A DNA stretch of 63,433 nt, filler included, from Octopus bimaculoides (Eukaryota): NCBI RefSeq assembly GCF_001194135.2. It is 5 parts of 4 records of this genome, joined end to end, with 100 filler letters (N's around TTAATTAATTAA, not from the genome) between each part and the next. Parts side by side here need not be neighbours in the genome. Positions count along the whole stretch, not along the records: positions 1 to 25,899 come from NC_068982.1; 4 more parts are not named here. One strand, written 5' to 3'. Each line of letters opens with the position of its first letter. The stretch's first letter is position 1. Below the pieces are notes generated by a model, which was given only the letters and a program-made list of their open reading frames with translations, had not been told where the DNA came from and ran no database searches. Positions 1-13,019 of the stretch are shown here, piece after piece. The translations under genes were made by a program, and so were the position numbers.

Positions 1-829
1 ATATATATATATATATATATACATATGTATATGTGTATATATATATGTATGTATACATATATATACATATATATATATATACACACGTTGTTATTTTACT
101 GGGAAGTGCAGTAGAGAGGCGAAGTAGAGAGAGAGGAGGGGGAGAGTGTGAGAGAGTGGTTACTATGACTTGACAGAGAGAGTGAGTATATTCTCCTTGA
201 GAGGTGAGAACCGCCTCTAGGTCTTTGTTTTTTACTTATCTTGATAGGTCTTTTTTCTATGAGTGAAAAGCATATAATGTTTCCATATTTCCATAAAATC
301 CATTTATTAGACATTCCTGTAGTTTTAGTAGTTGTAGATAGCAACATTTCGCCCGAATATGTCTTTATAAACATAAGCATATACGTATATGAACAAACAT
401 TTGTATATACACTGACACACACGCGCGCACACATACACTAACTCACACGCACGCATACATACACACGCTTGTGCGTGCGTATATGATAACATCATAGCAG
501 TCATTAGAATCATAAAATCACACATACAGGTATGTTCACGCTCAGTTTAAAACTTTTATATTACAATATTTGTTATAGGATAGATATTAAAATGTTTCGC
601 AGTATATCTACATACTCATGCTCTAAGTAACTGTATCAGACAGAAGCATGTTGCTGGACAATTCCTATAAACTGTGATGTTCATGTGAATATCAATCTTC
701 TCATCGTTGTAGCGGACGGTTGCGGCTCACTGCAATCTCAATAATCTAGATGAAGAAGATCAATATCTAGTTTTATATGTAAAAAAGCTTCTGTATAGTA
801 TAGTAGGATAATTTCATTTACTCTTATAC

Positions 830-1005
830 AGTCTTTTACTGGCTTCAACCATTGACTGCGGCCTTACTGTAGCACAGCCTTCAAAGGTATAAACCACAGT
901 ATCAACCCTAATATTTATTTCTATGTAGCACTTATTTTATCGATCTCCATCTTCGAAACACTGCATTACAGAACATAAATGCTAACAACATAAACAACAA
1001 CTTTC
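830..1005 (-). mobile_element. Degraded 3' half of tRNA-headed SINE family B
   Basis: cattgactgcggcc...cacttattttatcgatctc resembles the copies at 57105-57420 and 42640-42785. Confidence 0.5.
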
Positions 1006-1225
1006 TACGCTTGATTGATTAATCTTTTCGATATCTACTTTATGTATGTTCGCGTATTAACTATCTTTGATGTTTTTTCATAATGCAACAGTTTCAAGTG
1101 ATTAGGAAACCAGCAATACTGCAAGTGCAGTTAAATGCATTTGATCCCTTCTCCTATTTCTCGAACACAATGTGTGTGTGAGGGATTTTCCCAGCTCAAG
1201 TTGTGGCAATTACGGAATATTCTTT

Positions 1226-1228
<3 letters not shown>

Positions 1229-1257
<29 letters not shown>

Positions 1258-1340
1258 TGCATGTATGCATGTATGTATGTATGTATTATGTATGTATGTA
1301 TGTATGTATGTATGTATGTATGTGTGTATGTATGTATGTC
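1229..1340. repeat. (TATG)n microsatellite
   Basis: Directly visible tandem TATG; it generates the spurious MYVC/CMYV ORFs. Confidence 0.95.
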
Positions 1341-1551
1341 ATTGTTCAGTTTATTTCTAGATTTCTTGCCAATAAAGAAAGAACCGGTTTCTAACCGAGA
1401 TCCAAGGGTTCTTCATTGGAATTTCAACATTAACAACAGGGTATGTTTGTATGTATGTATGTATGCATGTATGTATGTATGTGGAGATTTGTATCTTTTA
1501 TGTTTGAATTGTCATGCATATAGTTGCATATCTAAGTATGCACATATATAT

Positions 1552-2500
1552 TTAAATAATAAACTTCTGGAACGTTTTACACATTTTCACAGCGCCAGTG
1601 GTGAATTGGATCTGTAGTCTTCGAATTAGCTTTCTCCTTTCTGGTTTTGAGAAGCCTAATTTATCAAAAATGGTATTTAGGCAGTGCGTTACATATCTCA
1701 GGCCTCCAATAATTACAGGTATAAACCTGAACTTGTAATCTCGATCGAGTAACTGCAGATTTCTTAATAATTCAGCATAGGTGTTCTCTTTTTCACTGAT
1801 CTTCAGCTTTATGTTAACATCCGCTGGGCAGCAAATTTCCACAACTGTACACAGTTTTCTTCCTTATCTCAAATCATTATATCAGTTCTGTTGTGCTTAC
1901 ATTTTATTGAGGTCTTCACTCGTACATTCCACCAGTATTCCTTTTTATTATGAGTGGCTATGGCTTCTACCATATTGTGGGTTTTTATTTCTTTGTCCTC
2001 GGGATTATCCTTCCGACGGATTTCCTTATAGAGTGTCCTAGCTACAACGTCATGTCTCATCGGTAGATAATACCGTGATGACATTTTCGGACATCTGCTT
2101 ATGATATGGCTGATATCTGCATTGTGAACTCCACGAAGTCTGCATCGATTGTCACATTTTACGGCTTTTTTCTGCATCAGGTACTTGGTTGATATTTCCC
2201 GTTCCTGGATTGCAAATGCATGCCCTTTCAAGAGGGAGATAGTAATTCAGCTAATGATCCATGACAAACTGCTTTGATGATCGATGTGGCTATCATTCCA
2301 AAGATTTCTACTAAGATATCCATGTATAGATTTCTGTTCATTTAGGTTCATCCTTTCGTCTGATGATACGTTGCAGTAGAGTCGTGCGACTTCTTTGGGC
2401 ATGTATTCTCGTTTATTCTCGATTATCAAGGAGCTGCCTTCCAAGTCTCATGATGTTATCAGCCTCTTGTATGCAAACTTGGTCAAGGGATGCAGTTCGA
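1552..2500 (-). mobile_element. 3' fragment of RLE-type non-LTR retrotransposon (R4/Dong-like), frameshifted and decayed
   Basis: Minus-strand peptides: KSIHG..ID..SLSW, GHAFAIQEREISTKY, CCHC-like knuckle CRLR...HIISRCP, RHDVVA, KHNRTDIMI, EICCPADVNI..KISEKENTY. This is the order of a PD-(D/E)xK restriction-like endonuclease domain. Confidence 0.85.
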
Positions 2501-2600
2501 CACTTGGAAGTTAAAAGATGTTACTGAAGGTGTATGCATGGATGCATGTATGTAAGTATGTATGTTTGTGTGTGTGTGTGTGTGTGNNNNNNNNNNATAA

Positions 2601-2670
<70 letters not shown>

Positions 2671-2689
2671 GTGTGTATGTATATTCGCC

Positions 2690-2800
2690 ATGATAGATCG
2701 CTAGCCACTACACATTCTTTATTTTCTCTCCTTGTTTCTTTCTGTGTTCCTTTCTGTGGAAGAGCGTAGGTTCGAAACGTTAAAGACTTCACTTCCCGAG
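2690..2800 (+). repeat. Dispersed repeat with a hammerhead-like motif, possibly a Penelope pLTR remnant
   Basis: ctttCTGTGGAAgagcgtaggttcGAAACGTTaaag; related reverse copy at 11947-11978. Confidence 0.45.
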
Positions 2801-2887
2801 CGTTGAAACAAGTAAAAGATGAAATATACATTTTTGTACATGTGCGTGTGTGTGTATGCATGCACGTATGTATGTATCTATAAGTAT

Positions 2888-3211
2888 GAAGGTGATTGAC
2901 TCAGTAGTTAGGATATTCGACTCACTATCGTAAGGTCGTTGATATTGATATTCGGCGGTGCGTTGTCCTCTCGAGCAAGACACTTTATTTAACGTTGCTC
3001 TAGTCCACTCTGCTACTAAATATGAGTAGTAGCTGTGTTTCAAAGGGCCAACTTAGTTACATTCTGTGTCACGCTGAATATCCCTGAGAATTACATTAAA
3101 GCTAGGCGTATGTATGGAGTGGTCAGCTACTTGCACGTTGATATCACAAGTAGGACTTCCTGTTGATCTGATCAACTAGAACACTCGTAGTCGCAACCGA
3201 CGGACTATCAG
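2888..3211 (+). mobile_element. tRNA-headed SINE family C, near full length
   Basis: A/B-box-like head, then gagcaagacactttattt..gttgctc.agtccactc core and gttgatc.gatcaact tail; homologous to 49761-50068. Confidence 0.8.
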
Positions 3212-3589
3212 TTTATGTATATGTATATATATATGTAGACCTGAGAGCTATCCTTTTAAGTATGTATTGAAATCACTTAGTTAAAGTTTCATCTTGTTAA
3301 ATTTTCATATAAATATTGCAGCGGTAACGTCTACATTAATCACATAGGCCTTGTTTACTATAAAGAAGTAACGTTAAATGCAAATTTCCCCCCTTAAGTT
3401 GTTATTCTAAGGTTGTCGATCATGTGTTCAAAAACTTTACTGTTCCAAATAAAATGCGAGGAACTTATACAAGTATATGAGAAAGAACTATGATAAGAAA
3501 GATAAGATTATAACACAGTCGGTTTTTCGACACAGCGCATATATGCACTTACTCATACGCGAACACAGACAAATATATANNNNNNNNNN

Positions 3590-3755
3590 GTCACGCTGAA
3601 TATCCCTGAGAATTACATTAAAGCTAGGCGTATGTATGGAGTGGTCAGCTACTTGCACGTTGATATCACAAGTAGGACTTCCTGTTGATCTGATCAACTA
3701 GAACACTCGTAGTCGCAACCGACGGACTATCAGTTTATGTATATGTATATATATA
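3590..3755 (+). repeat. Exact copy of 3068-3233 beginning at a 10-N gap
   Basis: 166 bp identical by eye; starts at the gap edge. Confidence 0.9.
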
Positions 3756-4384
3756 CATATATATAGAATATATGTTGGCTGATACACATCTACGCGTATA
3801 TATTTTTCCGAAGCAAAATACTATTGACAATTTAACATTTAATTCAGATATTGTTTATCGATTCTGCCTCCCATCTCATGCAATTCAAGATTATTTTATT
3901 TCTCTTTTACTGAAGGTATTACTGTATTGCAGCCAATATTCATTGATAGCTTCATAGTCTGTGAAATACTCTTTCAAACTGCTGCAAATATCTTTTATAC
4001 TATTGTACAATAGCATGGGCTGATATGACAGAAGATGTGTTGTTATGAATATTTCTACCTTGCTATTGCTTAAAGAAGTATATTTTTACAAACAGTGATC
4101 ATATCGTAAGAAATTCTAAGGTATATTTTCCGCAAAACAAGTAAATTAGAAGAAAGGAGATATAGTCTATAGAATGCATGATGATATATATATTTTATCA
4201 ACCTCCACTAGGGTTTTTCTACAAAGGTAAACGAGGAAGATTTAACAAAATATTTGTTTCTTTTTATACACTAATATATTGAATATACCGTAGAGTATTA
4301 TGTTCTTTTCGTAAAAATGTCAAAAGTATTTAGACCGACAACTGAAATTAAATTGAGAATTAACTTAGCTAAAATGGAGCCATT

Positions 4385-4386
<2 letters not shown>

Positions 4387-4480
<94 letters not shown>
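4387..4480. repeat. (CA)n microsatellite
   Basis: Directly visible. Confidence 0.95.
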
Positions 4481-4481
<1 letters not shown>

Positions 4482-4599
4482 TTATACATATGCTGAGTGT
4501 TCCTTCAAATCACTGAACCTTGCATGACCATGTGCATGCCGTTCGCTGTTAAGACTAGCTTCCACACTGCGAGCACACTCATAGATGTAATGTTAGAAC

Positions 4600-5135
4600 G
4601 GTGAGTCCTCTGGCATCACCGGCAGAGTTGTGACCTCATGTATTTTACGATGCCCGGTCAGGTCACCAACGTACTAGTTTAGCCACAAATGAACGACGGA
4701 GGACGAGGTGGTAGAACCAGCTCGAAATTTGCTTCATTTCTTCTTGCTTCGTGAGAGTTTATGTTCTTACCTAATCCAGCTTTTGAGAGAAGAAATAATC
4801 CACACACACTGCACTTCAGTTCCCATTGGATTTCTCTAGACACTGGAGTCGAGTTTTGCATACGTAGTGATCACTTTAAAACTGCATGCTCGTAGACATG
4901 CATTCTTCATAGAATTTCTCCAATTTGCACGGGTTTTAGTCAAGTCTTCCCTGTTCTCCACACATGCCTCCAGAGTTTTACGTCTGCCCTTTTTAACATC
5001 CCTGGATCACTTTCTTGAGTTATGCTGTGGCCTTTTCCCTCTGGTCATTTCATTATAAAATAGTCCTTTAAAGGACCTCTCTGGCTTCCAGTCTGGTAAC
5101 ATGACCAGCCTAATACGTCATGTTCAGAATTATTC
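4600..5135 (-). mobile_element. 3' end of RTE-clade LINE, decayed
   Basis: Minus-strand AGHVTRLPD, GLFYNEMTRGKRP, TRANWRNSMKNAC, then CSVCG..SKAGL...NSH; matches the RTE post-RT C-terminus. Confidence 0.75.
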
Positions 5136-5385
5136 TTTTCTCAATACTGGTGCTGCCCTATTTCTCAAGTATAATGTATTTATGAGGACCTACATACATA
5201 CATACATACATACATACATACATACATGCATACATACATACATACATACATACATACATACATACATACATACATGTGCTAAAAAGTCATGTAAGGACAT
5301 CACATAGCATCAATAATGAATCATTTCAGTAAGTCTTTTTGGCGATGGCTTTTCTCGTGTAACGATGTTGCAGCTATGATGTATG

Positions 5386-5602
5386 TATGAAAAATGATGA
5401 AAAGTTCCTGGCTTTAAGGATATCGGGAAAGGCCTGGTTCTAGACCCAAACTTCCGAGTTCTTCTACAGGACTTAGAAAAATTAAAGAACCGTTGCAATA
5501 AGTGTGTGAATCTGAGAAGGGTATATGTTGAATAATAACATAATTAACTGATCCTCCTCTATTTTCTGTTACTCTAAGCCAGGAACTTTTCAGCAACCCC
5601 GC

Positions 5603-5604
<2 letters not shown>
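5386..5604 (+). mobile_element. Tc1/mariner-derived MITE, copy 1
   Basis: TIR-like ends tgaaaagttcctggcttt / aagccaggaacttttcagc; internal LEKLKNRCNKCVNLRRVYVE* resembles the mariner transposase C-terminus. Confidence 0.8.
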
Positions 5605-5633
<29 letters not shown>

Positions 5634-6250
5634 TGTATGTATGTATGTATGTACGTATGTATATATGTATGTATGTATGCATGTATGTATACATAAATAC
5701 ATACACATATATTTTAATATAACCTGTGTTTTAAACTTCTAGTTCGTTTTCCAAAGCTTCTGTCTGGTTATCGGCTACCAAATAGTGGACGTCTGTTACT
5801 GGATATCATGTGATTATCAGCAAACATTTGTAGATCATAAACGAATTTTAAAACGAGAAGATGTATTAAACGTTTTATTAGAAATCACTACAATTGTTTC
5901 GACGCACCATTATCAGCTGTTAAATGTTGAATGTTACGTAATTTATATGCAATATTGCATCAATATGATTCAACAATACCTGTATACATGCGCATCTATG
6001 CAGCTATTGTTGAAGCATATTGATATGTACGATACTGCGTATAATTTATCTAACATTTATCTGATAACGATGCGTTGAAACAATTGTAGTGATATGTAAT
6101 GAAGCCTGTACATTCCATCATCATGTATTACAATATACACACGCACAAACATTCACACATAAACGCACATAAGCACTCACACATACAGGCATACGCATAC
6201 ACATATGCATAGGCGCACACACACACACAGACACACACAGAGAGACACAC

Positions 6251-6292
<42 letters not shown>

Positions 6293-9200
6293 AGAAGTAG
6301 TGTACAGATTTTATATAAATCAAGAAAAAGGTATTCAGAATTGTGGCTAATTATTTATTTAACGCTTTCGTTTCGTTTCGTTTCCGAGATTCATCAAGAA
6401 TGATTTTAACAAAAGATTTATGCCTTTTATATACGTATACATATATNNNNNNNNNNNNNNNNNNNNNNNNNNNNNNNNNNNNNNNNNNNNNNNNNNNNNN
6501 NNNNNNNNNNNNNNNNNNNNNNNNNNNNNNNNNNNNNNNNNNNNNNNNNNNNNNNNNNNNNNNNNNNNNNNNNNNNNNNNNNNNNNNNNNNNNNNNNNNN
6601 NNNNNNNNNNNNNNNNNNNNNNNNNNNNNNNNNNNNNNNNNNNNNNNNNNNNNNNNNNNNNNNNNNNNNNNNNNNNNNNNNNNNNNNNNNNNNNNNNNNN
6701 NNNNNNNNNNNNNNNNNNNNNNNNNNNNNNNNNNNNNNNNNNNNNNNNNNNNNNNNNNNNNNNNNNNNNNNNNNNNNNNNNNNNNNNNNNNNTTTTTTTT
6801 TTTTTTGCTTAGTTGTCCTGTAACACAACTGTTGAAAGGATTCTTCTGGTATGGTTGAAATTGTGATCTATTTTCTTTTTGTCATTATTATTTCGTTCTT
6901 TTTTTCTATTTTCTCCTCTTCTCAATTCAATTCTAGATTTTTTCAAGTAGGGAATTCAAAGCTTCACATGCTGTTGGTTTCTCAGTTGAAGCCATTCTAT
7001 CAGAGAAACTTCAGAAATGGATAGATAAATGTGTTGTCGGGATATGTATTTAGGCCTCCCTATATGATATTAGCAGTATAATTCAAAAGGATATAACATA
7101 AAAACTGGAACATAAACTTCAATAGAAGTGATCAGTTATTGCAGGTATCTTACTCAGGTTCAAAAGCACCCATCGTTGAAAATATTTTATAATTAAAAAA
7201 AATATTATTACTTACGGTAAGCAAAGTGGGCTTCTGTTTTTCATATTTCATAGATATGAATGCATTAGAGAATGTATTGAAACTTTTTAAAATAACATAA
7301 TAAATGAGATAATTGCAGCAATTTGAGTATGTTCTCATGTTTGGTTCTTGCAAGGTTATTAATTTTTTGCCATTATTAGTGTATAACGACGGAAACTTTT
7401 GGGAAACATGCAAATAGAAATACTGTAAACATTCGCAAAGTACGAAAGAAAATTTTAATTTGCTATACATTGTCAGCATGTTTGAAACCACTCACGATAT
7501 CTTCTAATATCGAAATCATGTAAGTTACTCATATTTTCTTGCTATCTGGTCCCATATCTCCAATGTATCTCCACTGTCTCAATTACATGTTAGAATTAAA
7601 TTTCTTTCCCAACAATGTTATCTATACCTACAAAAGTAGCTAACCATAGCTGAAATGTTTTTTCATCATAAATCCACTTGATTATGATCGATTTGGTATT
7701 AAAGAAGAACAACAACACAGGTTCGTAAAATTCGCTTCTCTGTAATAGCAAAACAAAAGAATCTTTCAACAACTGACGTTTCTATGGTGTTCACAAAATT
7801 TTCTGCACTTCCGATCAGCGAAAATATTCTATGCTTGGTTCATATCAAAATCATGACTTTGTGTTAACGACACTCGCTTCAAAATCACGTGGTTTCGTTA
7901 GATTCATACTCCACGTCATCCCGAGAAAACAACGTTTGCCGTAGACTCGAATCTAAACAAACTTTTAAATGTTATTCAGTTCCTTGCTAAACCCTATTAA
8001 ATAATCTACATCTATTCTTGACTAGTACCTTTAGCAGAGTTCATTCTGTGACAACCATTCAGAGACGAGTTGTTTGCTCAGACAATAACTTGACGTATTG
8101 CTGTATTACTTTCTCGCCTAACAAACTATGTACCCTAGTTTCCTTCTCTTTTCCAATAATATGAGTCTCAAGAGTGCTCAAAATGTTATAGGTGTTATAC
8201 TTACTCATCTGACTGCGCCATGAATAGAAACTTCACTACAATATATTACACGCAATCTATTTCTTAAAATGAGCAAAAATGTACTTTTAGTTCATGGAGG
8301 AATAAGGCTCTAAATATTTCTAGCTTTACTAATCTGCTACATCAAGTACCCTTCTGTAATTAATTGGCCACATGTGTCCCTGTTTTCAATCTGCATCAAC
8401 AGTCTAATTTCTAAATGATATTGTCACTTACAAAAGATGCTATAACTATTTTACAGACATATCTACTGCAAATTTCAAACTATTCCTAGTCTCTGCAATG
8501 AACAGTTTTTAAACGAACAAATTGCTCGCCTACGCACGTTTCCAGTCACGCAATATCATAACTAACACATTCTATTACATATTCATTGTAGTCTATCGGC
8601 AGACAATAAATCTGTAATTCATTTCCAGTGCATTATGTTTCCAATAAAGGAATTTAGTTTTAATATTAATCCACCTTTACACAGCATTGTGTTTAATTGA
8701 AAAGAAACATTAACTTTGGAATTGAAGTGTACTAAAGAGATCAAATATAATATCATATCCTGAAGATAACGTACAAGATACAATTAAAGGGAACAATTAC
8801 TAGTGTACCTAAAATGTTCAAACATGATCATCACCCGCAGATTTCGAAAGATCAACAACTAAAAAAGATCATACATAAACTACTTCCTCAAATAGTTTGA
8901 AAATTATAAAACTAAAAGATTTATACGGGCGTCTAAAAGTGAACATGCTTTAGTTGAAGATCTAATAATATGCTTCTGTTTCACTGTCGGCACCCAACAT
9001 TGTAGTTCCGCTGTCATGAAATAGTTATTGAAGTTGAAAATCCGTTTACTTTCAAAAGAAAGCTAAACCAATTAAAATAAAAGAGCTATGCATACGCAGA
9101 GGTCAGGAAGTGCGACAGAAACCTGCTTGGCTGATAGAACTATTGGAACCTTTACACTATAATGATATTGTTATTAGTTAACTGTGCTCAGTTAACTAAT

Positions 9201-11218
9201 AACAAGAAACAGTTCTCAGGCAATATTTCTATTAATAAACGATAATGTACTCAAAATACTGCAAACGTAATATATTAAAACAGAATTATTATAGTCGAAA
9301 CAATTTTATTGTATCATATTTTTTGGCACCTGTTGCTTGCGACAAGTTACACCGACTCTAAATAAAATAAAATGAAATAAAATACAATAACCAAGATACC
9401 GCACTCCGTCTCATCAAACTACGAACTCTTTCCTTCGGTTAATTGTTGCAGTAGATCTCACCTAAGATCTCGTTAGATAGATCATCAAAATCAAGCAATT
9501 CCCCCCCCACACACACACACACACCTCATATGCTATTAACGCAATCGTATAGCAGCTGTAACCATATTTTCAAAGAACACGTTGTTCTTTGAAAATATGT
9601 TCTTTGAAGATATGATATCGAGTGTTGCAGCAGGACATCTTGATAGAAATTAAACTCAGTTGCTGTCCCTGGTTTACCGCTCAACCCGACTCAGCATATC
9701 GGCCCCGGGAAGTATATGAAAATGCGTAGAAGCACGTATTGTCAAAAATCAAATTCTAATCTTGCTGTTGTATGTGGTGCTTCATCGAGCTACTATCATC
9801 GAACAGCTTCATTTCTATATATATTAACGTACGCAGCTAAGGAATGCCAAGAGAATCTTCGTGCTTCTCAATGAAGAAATGGTTGTTTACCATTATCACA
9901 GCTAGCAGAAGGATTACGATGTCTTTTTTAATTCGTACTCCTAATTCTCACACTAAATTCTTCCCTAATTTCCCAAATTAGAGCGCCACCGTCAACAGTC
10001 ATGAAACTAACTCACTAATCCCGTCACTTTAGGAACGTCAGAAATGAAGCGTTCAGCCTCGAGTAATGAGGAAATTGATTATATGTTCTCTTTAGGTCTA
10101 CAGTGGAGATCACACTCGGTGCACTATTCCTTCTTTAACAAATAATATCAAATTAATTCTACCCTAGTCTCGACGTAGATATTCAGCACGAGTGTGGCAT
10201 CGAAGCAGTACCATTCGCCATTCTTAAAGAGGCCGTTACTTTAAGATATGCTGCAAGAAATATCTATACTTCATACAGGCAAGATCACAAATGTTGCTTG
10301 TTTGGTATTGTTTCTGAAAGAACACAAAACATTACATATCAAACTAGCTATGAATATACTTGAAGACGTAATAATGCAGAAAATCTGACATAAATTTCAA
10401 CTGTTGAAATGAAAATCTTTGTAACGTATATAAATCTCTATCTGTCTTAGACAATGAAATACGGAAATACTACGGACATTTAGCATAGACACGAAACATC
10501 GGATAACTTATTAATCGTGGCAGGATTTCATCCTTACAATGATAATGCTCTATTAGTACTCACCGTTATAATGATACATGACAATATCGTTAGAGATGAT
10601 CTTAAAAACTAAGAAATTACATTGATTTATCCGCTGATAAATGTATTGCAGTAAAAATGAGTCCGTCATCCCATTTGTAATTTTTACAACTGAAAGTGTT
10701 GCGCCATTACCTTGTGTAAAGATTTCAATGTATTATTTGTACAGATAGATAGAAAGACGTTCCAAAAATTATCAATATAACTGCCTTTAATTACTATTAG
10801 AGCATTTGTAAAATAACTTGTTTTATAACCTGATTTAAGTTTTCCATATTATGTATGATACCTGTAGCTGCGTTTTCAACGTAATGAAAATTATTTTAGC
10901 TGTAAGAAAATGGTAGCCATGTAAAGTGGAGTGTAACAAAGAATACATGCAACGGATGAGAGAAAAAGAATCAGATAAAAGGTATAGAAGCCACTACCAG
11001 AAATGGTACAGCAGCAATAACAGCAGCGACAACAACAGCAGCAGCAGCAGCAGCAGCAGCAATCTTGTCTTGTTTACATTAAATAGACAATTCATCGCAT
11101 GAAGAAATGAACTATACAGACTACACATTCTTTTCTTTAACGTTATGGCTTTAATTATTCAAATGGTAATTATGCATTAAAGAATTTATAAAGCACAGTT
11201 TTAAATTGTTGCACTCTC

Positions 11219-11320
<102 letters not shown>

Positions 11321-11720
11321 TTTACATACATACATATGTGTGTGTGTATGCGTGTGTGTGTGCGTTTACGTGTGTGTACATATACACACACGCACTTATT
11401 GTATTGTATGCTAGCAATGGCGAGACTAGACGATCTAATTATTCGTATCTCATTAGTGCATTAGACAAAAAAACTTATTGGTCATCTATAATCAAATAGG
11501 CATAACGCCACATATATGCAATTTCAATTAACAATATAGGATACTGGGAAGATTGAGTATTAAAAAAAATATTTGACAAAGAATCACCGATGTTATATAA
11601 CCCCGGATATTCTTTGTCAAATATCTTTTTATTAACTCTACTATACGGTAATACAGAAGAGTTTAATCATATTTTGTTAAAGATTCAGTGAAATTTGACA
11701 GAAACTGAAAAGAACCATGT

Positions 11721-11766
<46 letters not shown>

Positions 11767-11789
11767 CGTGTGTGTTTGGGCGTGTGTTT

Positions 11790-11933
11790 ATGTTCCCGTA
11801 ACTGGGCGGTTCGGCAAAAAGAGACCGCTAGAATAAATACTAAGCTTAAAGAATAAATCCTGTGGGGGTCAATTTGTTTCGACTAAAATCCTTCAATCAT
11901 GGCTTCAATCAAATGACCGAAACAAGTAAAAGA
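11790..11933 (+). mobile_element. SINE family B, 3' half
   Basis: cccgtaact.gcggttcggcaaaa.gagaccg.tagaataa.tacta.gctt..aagaataa...gaaacaagtaaaagaa. Confidence 0.75.
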
Positions 11934-12207
11934 AGAATGGATAAGTCTTTGACGTTTCGAGCCTACATTCTTTGTCATATACATGGATGTTCATTTTCTG
12001 AATATTTCCGGTCTTTGTTTCTCTGTATTTGCATGTATCTCTGTATGTATATTTGATATATGAAGCACAAGCTTGTTTGTTTGTTTACTTGCATCATTAT
12101 CTCCATATCAGCTCACCTGGATTCCTCCTATAGCCACTCTTTACCTAACGGTCTTCAGTAAATATTTCGGAGTATATTTATGTATATGTATGTTCGTGTG
12201 TGTGTGT

Positions 12208-12290
<83 letters not shown>

Positions 12291-12969
12291 TGTGTGTGTA
12301 GGATGTGTAGAATACATTAGATGGTATTACATATGCGCCATGGTCTACAATCGTTCCAAAGCGTGTGACAAATGAAATACGCATGAAAACGTGGATGAGA
12401 ACGTGCATATAATTAACGACGCTAAGTAATATTTAATATATGCACGTGCGTATCTTTTAAAACGAATTTGGATCTGTCTAGATACAAGAATTTTTTAGCA
12501 AAGTCGACCAAAAATATGCCTCTTCGAATCATATCCGTCAATATAAGTCTAACGAAAATTCTTCATTAATTAATTTCTTTTTGCAATATAATGCGATATG
12601 ATATTATGAACTGGATACTTTTGGCAAGTAGAAATCTGTGGGAATTTAATTATACTGTGTTTTGTATCAGCAGAGGTTACAAACTGTCCTTCTAATATAA
12701 GCCCTTTTTTGATTGACAGTAAGTTAACTTTATTTCTATTAGTTTAAAGAACCAATCACGAGATTCGAACTACTGATACTTCATCATAAATACGAAATGC
12801 GTATGTTTTATCTGAAGTCTCATTTTCTTTATTAAAATTTTATCGCCATACTTATTGGTGTAGTGTAAAAAAGTAATCCTGCAGTGCAATTGAAATTTTT
12901 TCTCTCTTTTCTCTGCTTTTCTAATACATTGAACATATTTGATGTCCCCTAGTCTCTGTTTGATGTGTC

Positions 12970-13019
<50 letters not shown>

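Noticed and set aside
7150-7491. 113-aa minus-strand ORF
   Set aside because: AT-rich composition, no recognisable motif and a non-ATG start
8199-8221. Minus-strand ATGGCGCAGTCAGATGA|GTAAGT first exon (MAQSDE)
   Set aside because: Only 17 nt with no identifiable partner exon; expected by chance
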